Assembly (NCBI GenBank): GCA_963710795.1
Contig: CAVQBT010000067.1
Location: 64,232 to 128,231, forward strand
Direction of reading: 5' to 3'
Source: an uncultured delta proteobacterium
GTDB lineage: Bacteria > Desulfobacterota > Desulfobacteria > Desulfobacterales > JAFDCJ01
DNA: 64,000 bases
The translations under genes and the position numbers were made by a program. The notes below the pieces were generated by a model that worked only from the letters and a program-made list of their open reading frames with translations, made no database searches and was not told the origin of the DNA. Shown in pieces: positions 38,087 through 47,701 of the stretch. Within the stretch, counting starts at the first letter, position 1. The number at the start of each line of letters is the position of its first letter.

Positions 38087-38404
38087 CTACCTGCTGCCGT
38101 GTTGAAATTCACCCAAGGGTCTTGAGAAGGTGTATGCCGCAGGTTCTGCCACAAGTTTTTGGCCGGCAGTACCGGAATTGCCACCCAGGGCTGAAAACGG
38201 CCAGGATACTATAAAGGCCACGGTACCAACGGCGGTTGCGACGATGCCGACCGGTCGGACGACAAAAAAATCAAACATCATGGCACCGCCACCGGGGTCT
38301 TCCGTCTCGAAGTATTCCTGGGCCATTGCGGTGGAACCAAATGGTATGACTAACAAAGATGCAACCGTCATCAGGACCAGGGTTTTTTTTGCCAATTTAA
38401 ACAT
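38087..38404 (-). CDS. Small secreted/membrane hypothetical protein
   Basis: From MFKLAKKTLVLMTVASLLVIPFGSTAMAQE (signal peptide), then a Gly/Ala-rich hydrophobic C-terminal segment. Confidence 0.4.
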   Translation of the reverse strand: MFKLAKKTLVLMTVASLLVIPFGSTAMAQEYFETEDPGGGAMMFDFFVVRPVGIVATAVGTVAFIVSWPFSALGGNSGTAGQKLVAEPAAYTFSRPLGEFQHGSR

Positions 38405-38743
38405 ATTATCCTCCTGCATCTGCTGCGTTTGTTTGAAAAAATAATGCAAAATCCGGCCGAATAGTTAGGATTTTGATAAATTCACAGTCGTAACAAATAG
38501 CCGATTCAATCCATACTATTAGGTATTATAACGCTTTTTAGTTGTAAATTTCAATAGGTTTGTTAATAGCTGAATTTTTCATGCCGATAATCCTGAATCC
38601 GGATAAACCGGAAAGAAAATCCACAAAGACACAAAGAAAGAATTTTCATTATAACTAAATTTCGTGTCTTAGTATCTGGTGGCAAATATTTGAAAGTCAC
38701 TAGCTTGTATCGGCCGGAATTGGAGAAACTTTACGGATTAACT

Positions 38744-41185
38744 ATGGAAAAAGACCCCGGACACATAGAAGTGGCCGTTGCACTTCCGGTTTTTCATACC
38801 TTTACCTATGTTGTCCCTGAAATATTCAAGGACCATGCAGCAGCGGGCAGAAGAGTGCTGGTGCCGTTTGGGCGGCGCAGGGTCACCGGGTATATTTTCG
38901 GGCTAAGTCGAAATTCGGACCAGAAAGAGCTCAAACCGATTCTTGATATCTTCGACGAACAGCCCCTCTTTCCGCCGGGCATGGTACCGTTTTTCAAGTG
39001 GATTGCGGACTATTATAAGTATCCCATCGGAGAGGTGGTCAAAAATGCGCTGCCGGGTGGTTTAAATGTCTACGATTACTCATTGATTACCCTTACGGAA
39101 AAAGGGCGCAGGGCGCACAAAAGCGAGAAGCTGTCACCGGTTGCCAAAAAAGTTTTGAAGCAATTGGAGGCGGGACCCTGCCGGCTGAGCAAGCTTTATA
39201 AAAATATTGATCAAAAAATTCCCGCTGCCCTGCTTTACAATTTTGAGCAGAGCGGTTGGATTGCCCGAAAATGGGAACTCAAAGGAGCCACTACCAAAGC
39301 CAGACTGGAGCGATTCATTCGCCTGGGGGATACCAGTTTGCCGGTGGACCGACTATCAAAGCCTCGACAAAAGATAATCGAATTGTTAAAAAGCGAAAAA
39401 GAGATGGCCGTCAATAAAGTTAAAGCGGTGGTTCCCACTGCTGCGGCCTTGATTAAGCCGCTTGAAAGCTCCGGTTATCTGACGATTGAACACAAAAGAG
39501 TTTACCGGGATCCTTTCGGTGAATCAATCAAACCCGATATTGCCCCCATCCTAAACCGGGAGCAGCAACATGCCGTTTCGCATGTCTGCAAATATCTGAA
39601 TGAAGGGTATCACCCGTTTCTGCTAAAAGGGGTGACCGGAAGCGGGAAAACCGAAGTTTACATGCAGGTGGCGGCCGAGGTACTAAAAAAAGGCCGTTTG
39701 GTTCTGGTACTGGTGCCGGAAATCGCGCTGATTACCCAGATAGAGCGGCGATTCCGTGCCCGGTTTGGTGAATGTGTCTGTGTGCTGCACAGCGGGTTGT
39801 CCGCCGGGGAGCGCTATGATCAGTGGACCCGTATCCTGCTGGGGGAAGCCACGGTCGCAATCGGTGCCCGTTCGGCGATATTTGCTCCCTTTAGCAATCT
39901 CGGCGTTATTATTGTCGACGAAGAGCATGACGCATCTTACAAACAGGAAGGCAAACTGCGCTATAACGCCCGGGATCTGGCGGTGGTCCGGGCCAAACAA
40001 AATGAGTGTATCGTGATTCTGGGATCGGCGACGCCGTCCATCCAGTCTTACTATAACGTTGCAACCAACAAGTTTGCCGAACTCACTCTCAGCAAGCGCG
40101 TAGAAGCGCGGCTTTTGCCTGAAATCCGGATTGTCGATCTTCGTCAAACCCGCGATTCCCGAGGGATTCAACGCTTCATCACCCCTGAACTGCAGTTGGC
40201 CATGAAAGAGACACTTGAACGCGGTGAACAGGTGTTGCTTTTTCTAAACCGACGGGGATACGCAAGTTTTCCAGTTTGCGGTGCCTGTGGTGAGGCTATG
40301 TGCTGCAAATATTGCGATATCACACTAACCCTGCACCAGCGTTCCAACGCCTACCGATGTCATTACTGTGGCTATAGCCGGGCTGCCACATCCAGCTGCG
40401 ATATTTGCGGTTCAACCAAAATTAAACACCTGGGCCTTGGCACCGAAAAATTGGAAGATAGCTTGACATCGCTCTTCAAAAAGGCCCGGGTTGCCCGGAT
40501 GGATCGTGATACAACGCGCCGCAAAGGATCGATCATAAAGATCCTCAAAGGGGTTAAAAATAACAGCATCGATATTTTAGTGGGTACCCAGATGGTTGCC
40601 AAAGGGCATGATTTCCCGAACATCACCCTGGTCGGAATTATCTGTGCGGATCTTTCCCTGAGTTTTCCGGATTTTCGAGCCGGTGAACGGACCTTTCAAC
40701 TGCTGGCCCAGGTTGCCGGTCGGGCAGGGCGGGGCGACAGACCCGGCCGGGTGATTTTGCAAACGTACAACCCGGAACATTTCTGTATTTCCGCCGCTCG
40801 AAGCCAGGATTTTAATTCATTTTATCAGCAGGAGATCATTTTCAGGCAGGCTCTGGCATATCCGCCGTTTACCAGAATGATTCAGCTTAAAATAGCCGGC
40901 AAGGACCCCCAGAAAACCGAAAAACATGCCAATCTTGTCGGAGATCACTGCCGCAAGCTGAAATCGATCCATTCCGCCCATTACCAGAGTGTCCAGATTA
41001 TGGGTCCCATTGAAGCATCTCTGACCAGAATCGCCGGGCGCTACCGCTGGCAGATTCTATTGAAAGGTTCAAATACCGGGGCGCTGCATCAATTTATCAA
41101 TCAACTCAGGACTGAATGCCATTCAGACTTCAGCCATCGACGGATCCAGGTGGCGATTGATGTGGATCCGGTCTTTTTGATGTAG
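38744..41185 (+). CDS. priA: Primosomal protein N' (PriA helicase)
   Basis: N-terminal 3'-binding domain, helicase motifs GVTGSGKTEVY, DEEHD, a Cys-rich zinc-binding insert (CGACGEAMCCKYCD...CHYCG...CDICGS) and C-terminal helicase motifs. The ORF opens at 38690 but the conserved N-terminus begins at the ATG at 38744. Confidence 0.85.
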   Translation: MEKDPGHIEVAVALPVFHTFTYVVPEIFKDHAAAGRRVLVPFGRRRVTGYIFGLSRNSDQKELKPILDIFDEQPLFPPGMVPFFKWIADYYKYPIGEVVKNALPGGLNVYDYSLITLTEKGRRAHKSEKLSPVAKKVLKQLEAGPCRLSKLYKNIDQKIPAALLYNFEQSGWIARKWELKGATTKARLERFIRLGDTSLPVDRLSKPRQKIIELLKSEKEMAVNKVKAVVPTAAALIKPLESSGYLTIEHKRVYRDPFGESIKPDIAPILNREQQHAVSHVCKYLNEGYHPFLLKGVTGSGKTEVYMQVAAEVLKKGRLVLVLVPEIALITQIERRFRARFGECVCVLHSGLSAGERYDQWTRILLGEATVAIGARSAIFAPFSNLGVIIVDEEHDASYKQEGKLRYNARDLAVVRAKQNECIVILGSATPSIQSYYNVATNKFAELTLSKRVEARLLPEIRIVDLRQTRDSRGIQRFITPELQLAMKETLERGEQVLLFLNRRGYASFPVCGACGEAMCCKYCDITLTLHQRSNAYRCHYCGYSRAATSSCDICGSTKIKHLGLGTEKLEDSLTSLFKKARVARMDRDTTRRKGSIIKILKGVKNNSIDILVGTQMVAKGHDFPNITLVGIICADLSLSFPDFRAGERTFQLLAQVAGRAGRGDRPGRVILQTYNPEHFCISAARSQDFNSFYQQEIIFRQALAYPPFTRMIQLKIAGKDPQKTEKHANLVGDHCRKLKSIHSAHYQSVQIMGPIEASLTRIAGRYRWQILLKGSNTGALHQFINQLRTECHSDFSHRRIQVAIDVDPVFLM

Positions 41186-41297
41186 TTATAAAATTTGAAA
41201 ATCAAATTTTATGTTTCTTGACAATCCGCGGCATGCGTCATAAAATTTTTTTAGTTTCAACGGACTATAAATTTGGAAGGTTTTAAAAGGAGTTAAT

Positions 41298-42014
41298 ATG
41301 AGATTAAAAGGTCTTACTGGTTTTTCGATTGCGCTATTTTTGACACTGTTCGCGGCCGTTTGTTTCGGCACTCAAGATCTACCTACCCCATCGGCGGTCT
41401 TCCCGGAAACCAGCTATGAATTTTCGGCGGTGCTGGATGGGGCCAAAGTCGTGCATGAATTCGTTATTCAAAACAAGGGTACGGCGCCGCTGAAAGTTGA
41501 AAAAGTCAAAACCGGCTGAGGGTGCACGGCTGTCTCTTATTCAAGAGAGATCCCCGCCGGCGGCGAGGGAAAAATAACTCTAAGCGTCAATACCAAAGGC
41601 TATGGCGGAAGGAAATTGAAGAAGACCGCAGGCGTTTATACGAATGATAAAAATCGTCCGCAACAGGACCTGGTTATATCCGGCCTGGTGGAGAACTTTG
41701 TCACAATTCGTCCGCAACATGTCAGTTTACGCGGATTTGCCGGAGATCCCATCAAAGGCCAGGTTTCGATCATTCCCGAAAAAAAATATCCGTTTAAAAT
41801 TCTCGAGGCCCGGGCGAAGGACGGTAAAAACATCAAATTTAAGCTGGATGAAATAAACAGTCCCAATGGCCAGGCTTATGAATTAAATGTTGAAAATCTG
41901 AGAGAAAAAACCGGTCGCTATTATGACACCATCATTCTGAAAACAGACAGTAAGGTTCGGCCGGAGCTCAACGTGAGGGTTTACGGATATCTGAGTGCTC
42001 GCAAAAGCGAATGA
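41298..42014 (+). CDS. DUF1573-like secreted protein with an in-frame UGA (candidate selenocysteine) at codon 74 (41517-41519)
   Basis: ORFs 41298..41519 and 41616..42014 are in the same frame, separated only by TGA. The read-through reads ...APLKVEKVKTG-U-GCTAVSYSREIPAGGEGKITLSVNTKGYGG.... This parallels the DUF1573 core ...PLVISNV.TSCGCT...I.PG..G.I.V.F..., with U in place of the first Cys. Signal peptide, RBS AAAAGGAG, and a hairpin (tctctt-attc-aagaga) 15 nt after the UGA. Confidence 0.6.
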
Positions 42015-42015
42015 A

Positions 42016-42648
42016 ATGGATCGAATATCCAAGATAAAAATTAAACTTGTTGCATTTGATTGTGACGGGGTGATGTTCGACACCGCTCAGGCTAATCGTT
42101 TCTATTATAGCCACATTTTGCAGCATTTTGACAGACCGGCAGTAACAGACGAACAATTTACCTTTGTCCATATGCATACAGTGGACGAATCCATGGCCTA
42201 TTTGTTTCCTGATCAAACAACTCTGGCAGCGGCCTATGAATTTCGCAAAAGCATGGATTATAGACAGTACCTCGGATACTTCACCATAGAACCACACCTT
42301 GTTTCTTTGCTCGAAAAGCTTCGGCCTCGGATAAAAACGGCTATTGCCACCAACCGGACGGACACCATTGACCGGTTGCTGGCAGCGTTTAACCTGGACG
42401 GGTATTTTGACCTGGTTGTCACCGCCAGCGATGTCATGCGGCCCAAGCCTCATCCTGAAGCGTTGCTAAAAATTTTGAATTATTTTGACCTTGAAACTGA
42501 TCAGACAATTTATATCGGCGATTCCCAGGTAGACGAACTGGCAGCCCGGGCGGCGGCAATACCATTGGTCGCATTCCGCAACCGGGAACTATCAGCGGAC
42601 TACCATATCGATACTCTCAAAGAGCTTGAAGCATTGCTTGAATTGTGA
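42016..42648 (+). CDS. HAD-superfamily hydrolase (phosphoglycolate phosphatase-like)
   Basis: Motif I VAFDCDGVMFDT, motif II ATNRT, motif IV IGDSQVD. The ATG is 2 nt after the upstream stop. Confidence 0.7.
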   Translation: MDRISKIKIKLVAFDCDGVMFDTAQANRFYYSHILQHFDRPAVTDEQFTFVHMHTVDESMAYLFPDQTTLAAAYEFRKSMDYRQYLGYFTIEPHLVSLLEKLRPRIKTAIATNRTDTIDRLLAAFNLDGYFDLVVTASDVMRPKPHPEALLKILNYFDLETDQTIYIGDSQVDELAARAAAIPLVAFRNRELSADYHIDTLKELEALLEL

Positions 42649-42693
42649 GAAAGTTCACTTCATCCATCCAATAGACCACGGAGTGCATGCGTA

Positions 42694-43068
42694 ATGAACA
42701 TGGAAACAGAAGTACCTGAAGAAAATCAAGAGGATATTGCCTTTAACAGCAACGACTGGAATAATCGCGTTTTATGCAGCGACGGCAACTGCATCGGCGT
42801 GATCGGTTCGGATGGACACTGCAAAGAGTGCGGGAAAAAGTATGAAGGCGATCTTCCCGCGCAGAGCCCCTCTGAGAACGAAGATCAAACTGTGGCGCCA
42901 GAACAAGAAACTGTAGATTCGTCTTCAGCGACAACCGAAATACATGAAGTTGCAGATGCCCCGCTCGATGATGAGTGGGAAAATAGAGTTTTATGCAGTG
43001 ACGACGCTTGTATCGGTGTCATCGGACCCGACGGCAAATGCAAAGAATGCGGCAAACCTTCCAAATGA
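42694..43068 (+). CDS. Small acidic protein with two tandem zinc-ribbon-like repeats
   Basis: Repeat 1 DWNNRVLCSDGNCIGVIGSDGHCKECGKK and repeat 2 EWENRVLCSDDACIGVIGPDGKCKECGKP (C-x4-C-x9-C-x2-C each), separated by an acidic linker. Confidence 0.45.
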   Translation: MNMETEVPEENQEDIAFNSNDWNNRVLCSDGNCIGVIGSDGHCKECGKKYEGDLPAQSPSENEDQTVAPEQETVDSSSATTEIHEVADAPLDDEWENRVLCSDDACIGVIGPDGKCKECGKPSK

Positions 43069-43225
43069 CTAATGACGATTGACGAATGTCGAATTAAGGA
43101 ATGCTATCAATTTTATTCTGAATCGTTTGGGTGGGAATGAATTATCAAAGAGAGCTCTTTGATATTTGATTATATATCCATATATAAATCGACGGAGCGA
43201 AGCGACATCCACAATTTTTCATTTG

Positions 43226-45025
43226 TTATTGTAAAAGGTCATTCTTCATTGTCTTCAGCGGCAAGGTGATGGTAAACTTTGCCCCGCCTTCAGCTAAATT
43301 GTCTGCCACAATAGTTCCTTTATGGTCTTCGATAATGCCATGACAGATCGAGAGCCCGACGCCCATGCCCAACGTCTTTTTACTGCTGAAAAATGGATCG
43401 AAAATATTGTCCATGTCGTTTTTTGAAATACCCGAACCGGTGTCTTTGACAGTGATGATAATTTCTTCTCCCCGATTATGCGTGTCGATGCTGATTTCGC
43501 CGCCAATGGCTTGAGACGCATTTATTTTATCGTGAAATTTCGGCGAATGGATGATGGAATCTACGGCATTGTTGATCAAATTCATTATGACCTGACCGAT
43601 TTGCTGGGGAGAAGCATTGATGTTTGATGTTTCGGCAGCCAGGTTTAACTTGATGTCTACCATGTTTTTTTTCAAATAGCTGCGTATCAGCGCGACTGTG
43701 TTTTCGATGACCTGATTGACTTCCATCGACTGTTTTTTTTCTTTGCCCGGCCGGTTTAGATCAATGAGGTTACGAACCGTATTTCGGATACTGACAAAGG
43801 CACTTTTAATCAGAGCTAATTTTTTTAATAGATCCTCATCATCGGCATGCTTCACTCCGATTACGCTTAATAGTGCCGTAATACCCTGCAACGGGGAGTT
43901 GATTTCGTGGGCAACGGATGCCGCCAGTTGTCCGGTCGCTGCCAACCGTTCGCTTCGCAGCAACTGGTTGTGAAGCAACTTTGTTTCAGTAATATCTCTT
44001 GCAACACATAAAAAACAGGGTTTGCCCAGATAAGAAACAAAGCGGCAGTTGACCTCGTTGGGAATTATGGTGCCGCGTTTGGTCTTGATGTTGAGCTCAA
44101 AGCGCAGTTCTTTTTCTTGGGAAACCTTTTTCAACATGTCTTCGACGTATGTAATCTGTTCGCTGTCCACAATATTTAGGATAGTTTGCTCCAAGAACTC
44201 GGATTTGGTGTAACCGGTAGTTTCCAGTATCCGATCGTTGGATTCGATAAATCTACCTTGCGGATTGAACAGAAACACCCCTTCGGCAACATTATCAAAC
44301 AATTCCTTATAGCGAACCAATTCTTCGGCTTGTTTAAATTCGGTGGTGTTGGAGGAGATAACCGTGGCGGCGATAACTCTGGAGTCAAGCCTTAAAGCGC
44401 CAATACGGTACGTATACCATTTAGGATTGATATGCGTACCCATGCGGACTTCGAAACTTTCAGTCTCACCGGTCTGAAAGACATTTTCTATGCACTCTTC
44501 GGCCAGGTAACGGTATTCCTGTGGTAATAATTGGTAGAAACTCTTTCCGACCGCCTTTCTGCGGGGCAGTTCAGCAATATCCTGATTTATAAATCGAATA
44601 ATTCCCTTGTGATCCACGGCGGCAATCATGTCCGGTGCCGTTGCCACCAATGAGCGCCACAACTCTTCGGATTCATTGAGTTTTTGTTTTGCTAATTTGA
44701 GCTTGTTGATAACCGATTGCGCATGGGACCCAAGCATAATGAACAGGCACAGCACAATGACCCGCAGATAAATATCGTACAGATCCGGCCCGATGAGTTC
44801 GGCAATTAGATTGAATTTATTGGAAAAAAATATATTTAAGATGGAATCCAGTACCCAGTAAATGGTTGCCAGAGAGATCACTGCCACAACCATTGAATCC
44901 GGCAGACCAACGGCTAACGAATCATCCGCATTAATTTCAAATTGCGATCTTTCGTTGTATTTATGCGATTTGAGACGCATCGGTGTTCTGATTAATTTAA
45001 ACGTCGAAGCATTCATACGGTACAC
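43226..45025 (-). CDS. Sensor histidine kinase with N-terminal TM helices and two PAS domains
   Basis: HisKA box LAASVAHEINSPLQ and HATPase_c N/G1/G2 boxes (NLINNAVDS, VKDTGSGI, GMGVGLS). Two PAS-like regions sit upstream. Confidence 0.8.
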   Translation of the reverse strand: MYRMNASTFKLIRTPMRLKSHKYNERSQFEINADDSLAVGLPDSMVVAVISLATIYWVLDSILNIFFSNKFNLIAELIGPDLYDIYLRVIVLCLFIMLGSHAQSVINKLKLAKQKLNESEELWRSLVATAPDMIAAVDHKGIIRFINQDIAELPRRKAVGKSFYQLLPQEYRYLAEECIENVFQTGETESFEVRMGTHINPKWYTYRIGALRLDSRVIAATVISSNTTEFKQAEELVRYKELFDNVAEGVFLFNPQGRFIESNDRILETTGYTKSEFLEQTILNIVDSEQITYVEDMLKKVSQEKELRFELNIKTKRGTIIPNEVNCRFVSYLGKPCFLCVARDITETKLLHNQLLRSERLAATGQLAASVAHEINSPLQGITALLSVIGVKHADDEDLLKKLALIKSAFVSIRNTVRNLIDLNRPGKEKKQSMEVNQVIENTVALIRSYLKKNMVDIKLNLAAETSNINASPQQIGQVIMNLINNAVDSIIHSPKFHDKINASQAIGGEISIDTHNRGEEIIITVKDTGSGISKNDMDNIFDPFFSSKKTLGMGVGLSICHGIIEDHKGTIVADNLAEGGAKFTITLPLKTMKNDLLQ

Positions 45026-45697
45026 TCATCCTTTGCGCCCGGCGGCGCATTCTTGAAATTTTGTTTTGGTGTTTCCTAGGGACTGTTTTTGTTCGCGGTT
45101 GTCGCAAATATTCGATGATTGACTTGATACACCGGCCAATGCGCATCGAAAAACGACTGATGAATCCTCCAGGCGTATCCGCCGCTGGCGGAGCGAATCT
45201 CACCACTAAACCATCTTGGTATTGCAACACTTATCTATTGAGGCAACTGTCTGAGCACCACAGGCAGGCCGAAATGGTCGGATGTGAAAAGACCATTAAT
45301 CGGACGATTAAATACCAAATCCATACCCTTTATCATATCCGGATCAAATTGATAAGACAAAAATACAAAATCAATTCGTCGTGCCATGTCTTGGTCAAAT
45401 CGAGTTTTCTCATTTTCTCAATTATTGTGTGACATTTACAGTCATCGTATATGACAATAATTGTCAATTTCGCAACTGACAGTCCTTGCGGTATTCTGCT
45501 AAGAGTCTGAAAATAAACAAATTATTTTATTCATTCAAGATGGTATGAAAATTGCTCTTTATTTTTATGCCGAATATTTATTTACCGGGGGAAAAGCTGC
45601 CATATTTGGTACTGGAAAATATATTTCCAGGTTGCATTGAAACAAGAAATGACCATTGTGGCAGATAATTAATTTATTATGAGAAATAGGAGCATTT

Positions 45698-46264
45698 ATG
45701 GAAAATTTTGAGGATTCGGCAACCGCATTTAATTGTGTTGCCCATCAGGGACAGACAGGCATTGACCTTTTGGAAAAAGGTGCCTTCGAGAGGGGACTGC
45801 CGGAAATTGAGAAAACTTATTGCGGTTCGACCAACCATCAGATGCATGATAATTTTCAACCGCATCTCAACAGCACACTGGCGGACAAGCCGGGTCAAAC
45901 GCCTCCCGTGATTTTGCTCATTGATGATGAAGAGAGTTTTCGGTGTGTCATAAAGCAAGTCTTAGTTAATGCCGGCTTCGAAGTTGTTGAAGCTGCAAAC
46001 GGCGCGCAGGGTATCCAGTATTTTTATGAAAAACCGGCTGATATGATTATTACCGATATCATCATGCCGGAGAAAGAAGGAATAGAAACCATGATCGAAC
46101 TTAAAAAAGCATTTCCGAATGTCAAGCTTATCGCGATGTCCGGCGGGGGCTGGTATGGAACGGATATAGATTTTGATATGGCCAAAAAACTGGGTGCAAA
46201 AACGCTTGATAAACCGTTTGCGCTGCAAGAACTGCTGGATGTCGTGCACGAACTTTTGAATTAA
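45698..46264 (+). CDS. Response regulator receiver (REC-only) protein
   Basis: VILLIDDEES...D-IIMPEKEG...IAMSGGG...KLGAKTLDKPF. The start may be the internal Met (MHDNF...). Confidence 0.7.
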   Translation: MENFEDSATAFNCVAHQGQTGIDLLEKGAFERGLPEIEKTYCGSTNHQMHDNFQPHLNSTLADKPGQTPPVILLIDDEESFRCVIKQVLVNAGFEVVEAANGAQGIQYFYEKPADMIITDIIMPEKEGIETMIELKKAFPNVKLIAMSGGGWYGTDIDFDMAKKLGAKTLDKPFALQELLDVVHELLN

Positions 46265-46748
46265 TCCGCCCTGAAAAATAGTTTTACTAGGATCATAAAT
46301 TGTTTATTAAAACCTGATTAAAACCGCAATAGTGACGGGCAGGCGGATTAATTATTTTATGCTGCGCATTTTTATTTTTAATTTTTTCAGATTTTGTATA
46401 TGGAATCCAATCCAATCAGCCGATCTGTGAATTCTCCCGAGTTTGCTATCCGGATTAACCCCATCATTGTAATGAAATATACAAAAGATGCAAATAGTAT
46501 TAAATTAATTTGTATGAAAACCTACAAGATTTATTTAAAATCAAAAACCTGATTCTCTGGGCCAGGTTGCGTTGCATCCCCCAATTAGAACATCCCCCAA
46601 TTATAAAACAGAATTTTCACCTTATTTTCAATGCTTATACTTGCGACCAGCTAGATAGTTGTTAAATTCCTTTTCTACCGCTTCAATAAGGCATCGAACT
46701 GAGATTCCTTTAAAGCGCAGTCCTGCGATGCTAGCCTGTTACTAGAAA

Positions 46749-47642
46749 ATGAAAAGATTCCTTTTAGCTTCAATTTTTCTGATTGTTTTTGTGGGCTGTG
46801 GTCCCAGATACATCTATCCGCATCTGGATTGGCTGGTTCCGTGGTATGTCAGCGACTACATTTCCCTTGATGCCACTCAGAAAAATATGCTCCAGAAGCG
46901 ACTGCTTAAGCAGCTTGACTGGCATTGCCGCACCCAGTTGCCTGCTTATAGCGAGACGCTCAGGGCAATCGGCCGGGAATTTGCCAACGCAGATCAGGCG
47001 CTTGATTTTTCGCAGATCCAGTCTTACAACATCAAACTGATGAAACTCTGGAGGGAGTTGATGAATCAGATCGGGCCGGATATCACCGATATTTTGATCA
47101 CCGCTTCGAATGAACAGATTGATGAGTTGTTTGCCAATTTGGCCAAACAAAACCGGGAGTTTCGCAAAGAATATGTCGATCTTCCCCCCGCCGAGTTAAA
47201 CGAAAATCGTCAAAAGCGTATGCATAAACGGCTGAAATATTGGATATCCGATCCGACTGTCGACCAGAAAGAGGCGATCGCCATCTGGAGCAAGCAGCTG
47301 GTGCCCCTATCTGAAGGCTGGCTGCAGAATCGTGTAATGCTCCAGGACAAAGCCCGCCGTCTGCTTGCTTGGAGAAACAGCAGTCGCACTTTTAGGACAG
47401 CCGTGCTGCAATTTATCGTAAATCCTGAACTTTTTAGGACCCCGGCCTATCAAGCGAAAATCGAGAACAACATCGATCTTACGATCAAATTAATCATCCA
47501 ACTGGATCGACTATTAACCCCGGCCCAGCGATCCTATCTCTTAAAGCGAATTGATTCTCTGGCGACAGACTTTGATAAACTTAGCTGTGATCCGAAGGAT
47601 GTATCCAGGCCGGGCAAGCCGGCATTGAATATTGTAAATTGA
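46749..47642 (+). CDS. Hypothetical lipoprotein
   Basis: Signal peptide with lipobox ...FLIVFVGCGP. 297 aa, no recognised domain. Confidence 0.45.
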   Translation: MKRFLLASIFLIVFVGCGPRYIYPHLDWLVPWYVSDYISLDATQKNMLQKRLLKQLDWHCRTQLPAYSETLRAIGREFANADQALDFSQIQSYNIKLMKLWRELMNQIGPDITDILITASNEQIDELFANLAKQNREFRKEYVDLPPAELNENRQKRMHKRLKYWISDPTVDQKEAIAIWSKQLVPLSEGWLQNRVMLQDKARRLLAWRNSSRTFRTAVLQFIVNPELFRTPAYQAKIENNIDLTIKLIIQLDRLLTPAQRSYLLKRIDSLATDFDKLSCDPKDVSRPGKPALNIVN

Positions 47643-47701
47643 ATAATGAATATTTGTGGAAGTCGCATTGCTGCGTCGTTTTAAATCAGAGCATGAATCA
47701 T

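Noticed and set aside
41517-41519. Reading the TGA at 41517 as a plain nonsense mutation that splits a pseudogene
   Set aside because: Both halves stay in the same frame with family-like sequence on each side. The TGA falls precisely on the first Cys of the DUF1573 CGC motif, and a hairpin follows at SECIS distance. Selenocysteine is the more parsimonious reading. Pseudogenisation remains the fallback if no Sec machinery exists.
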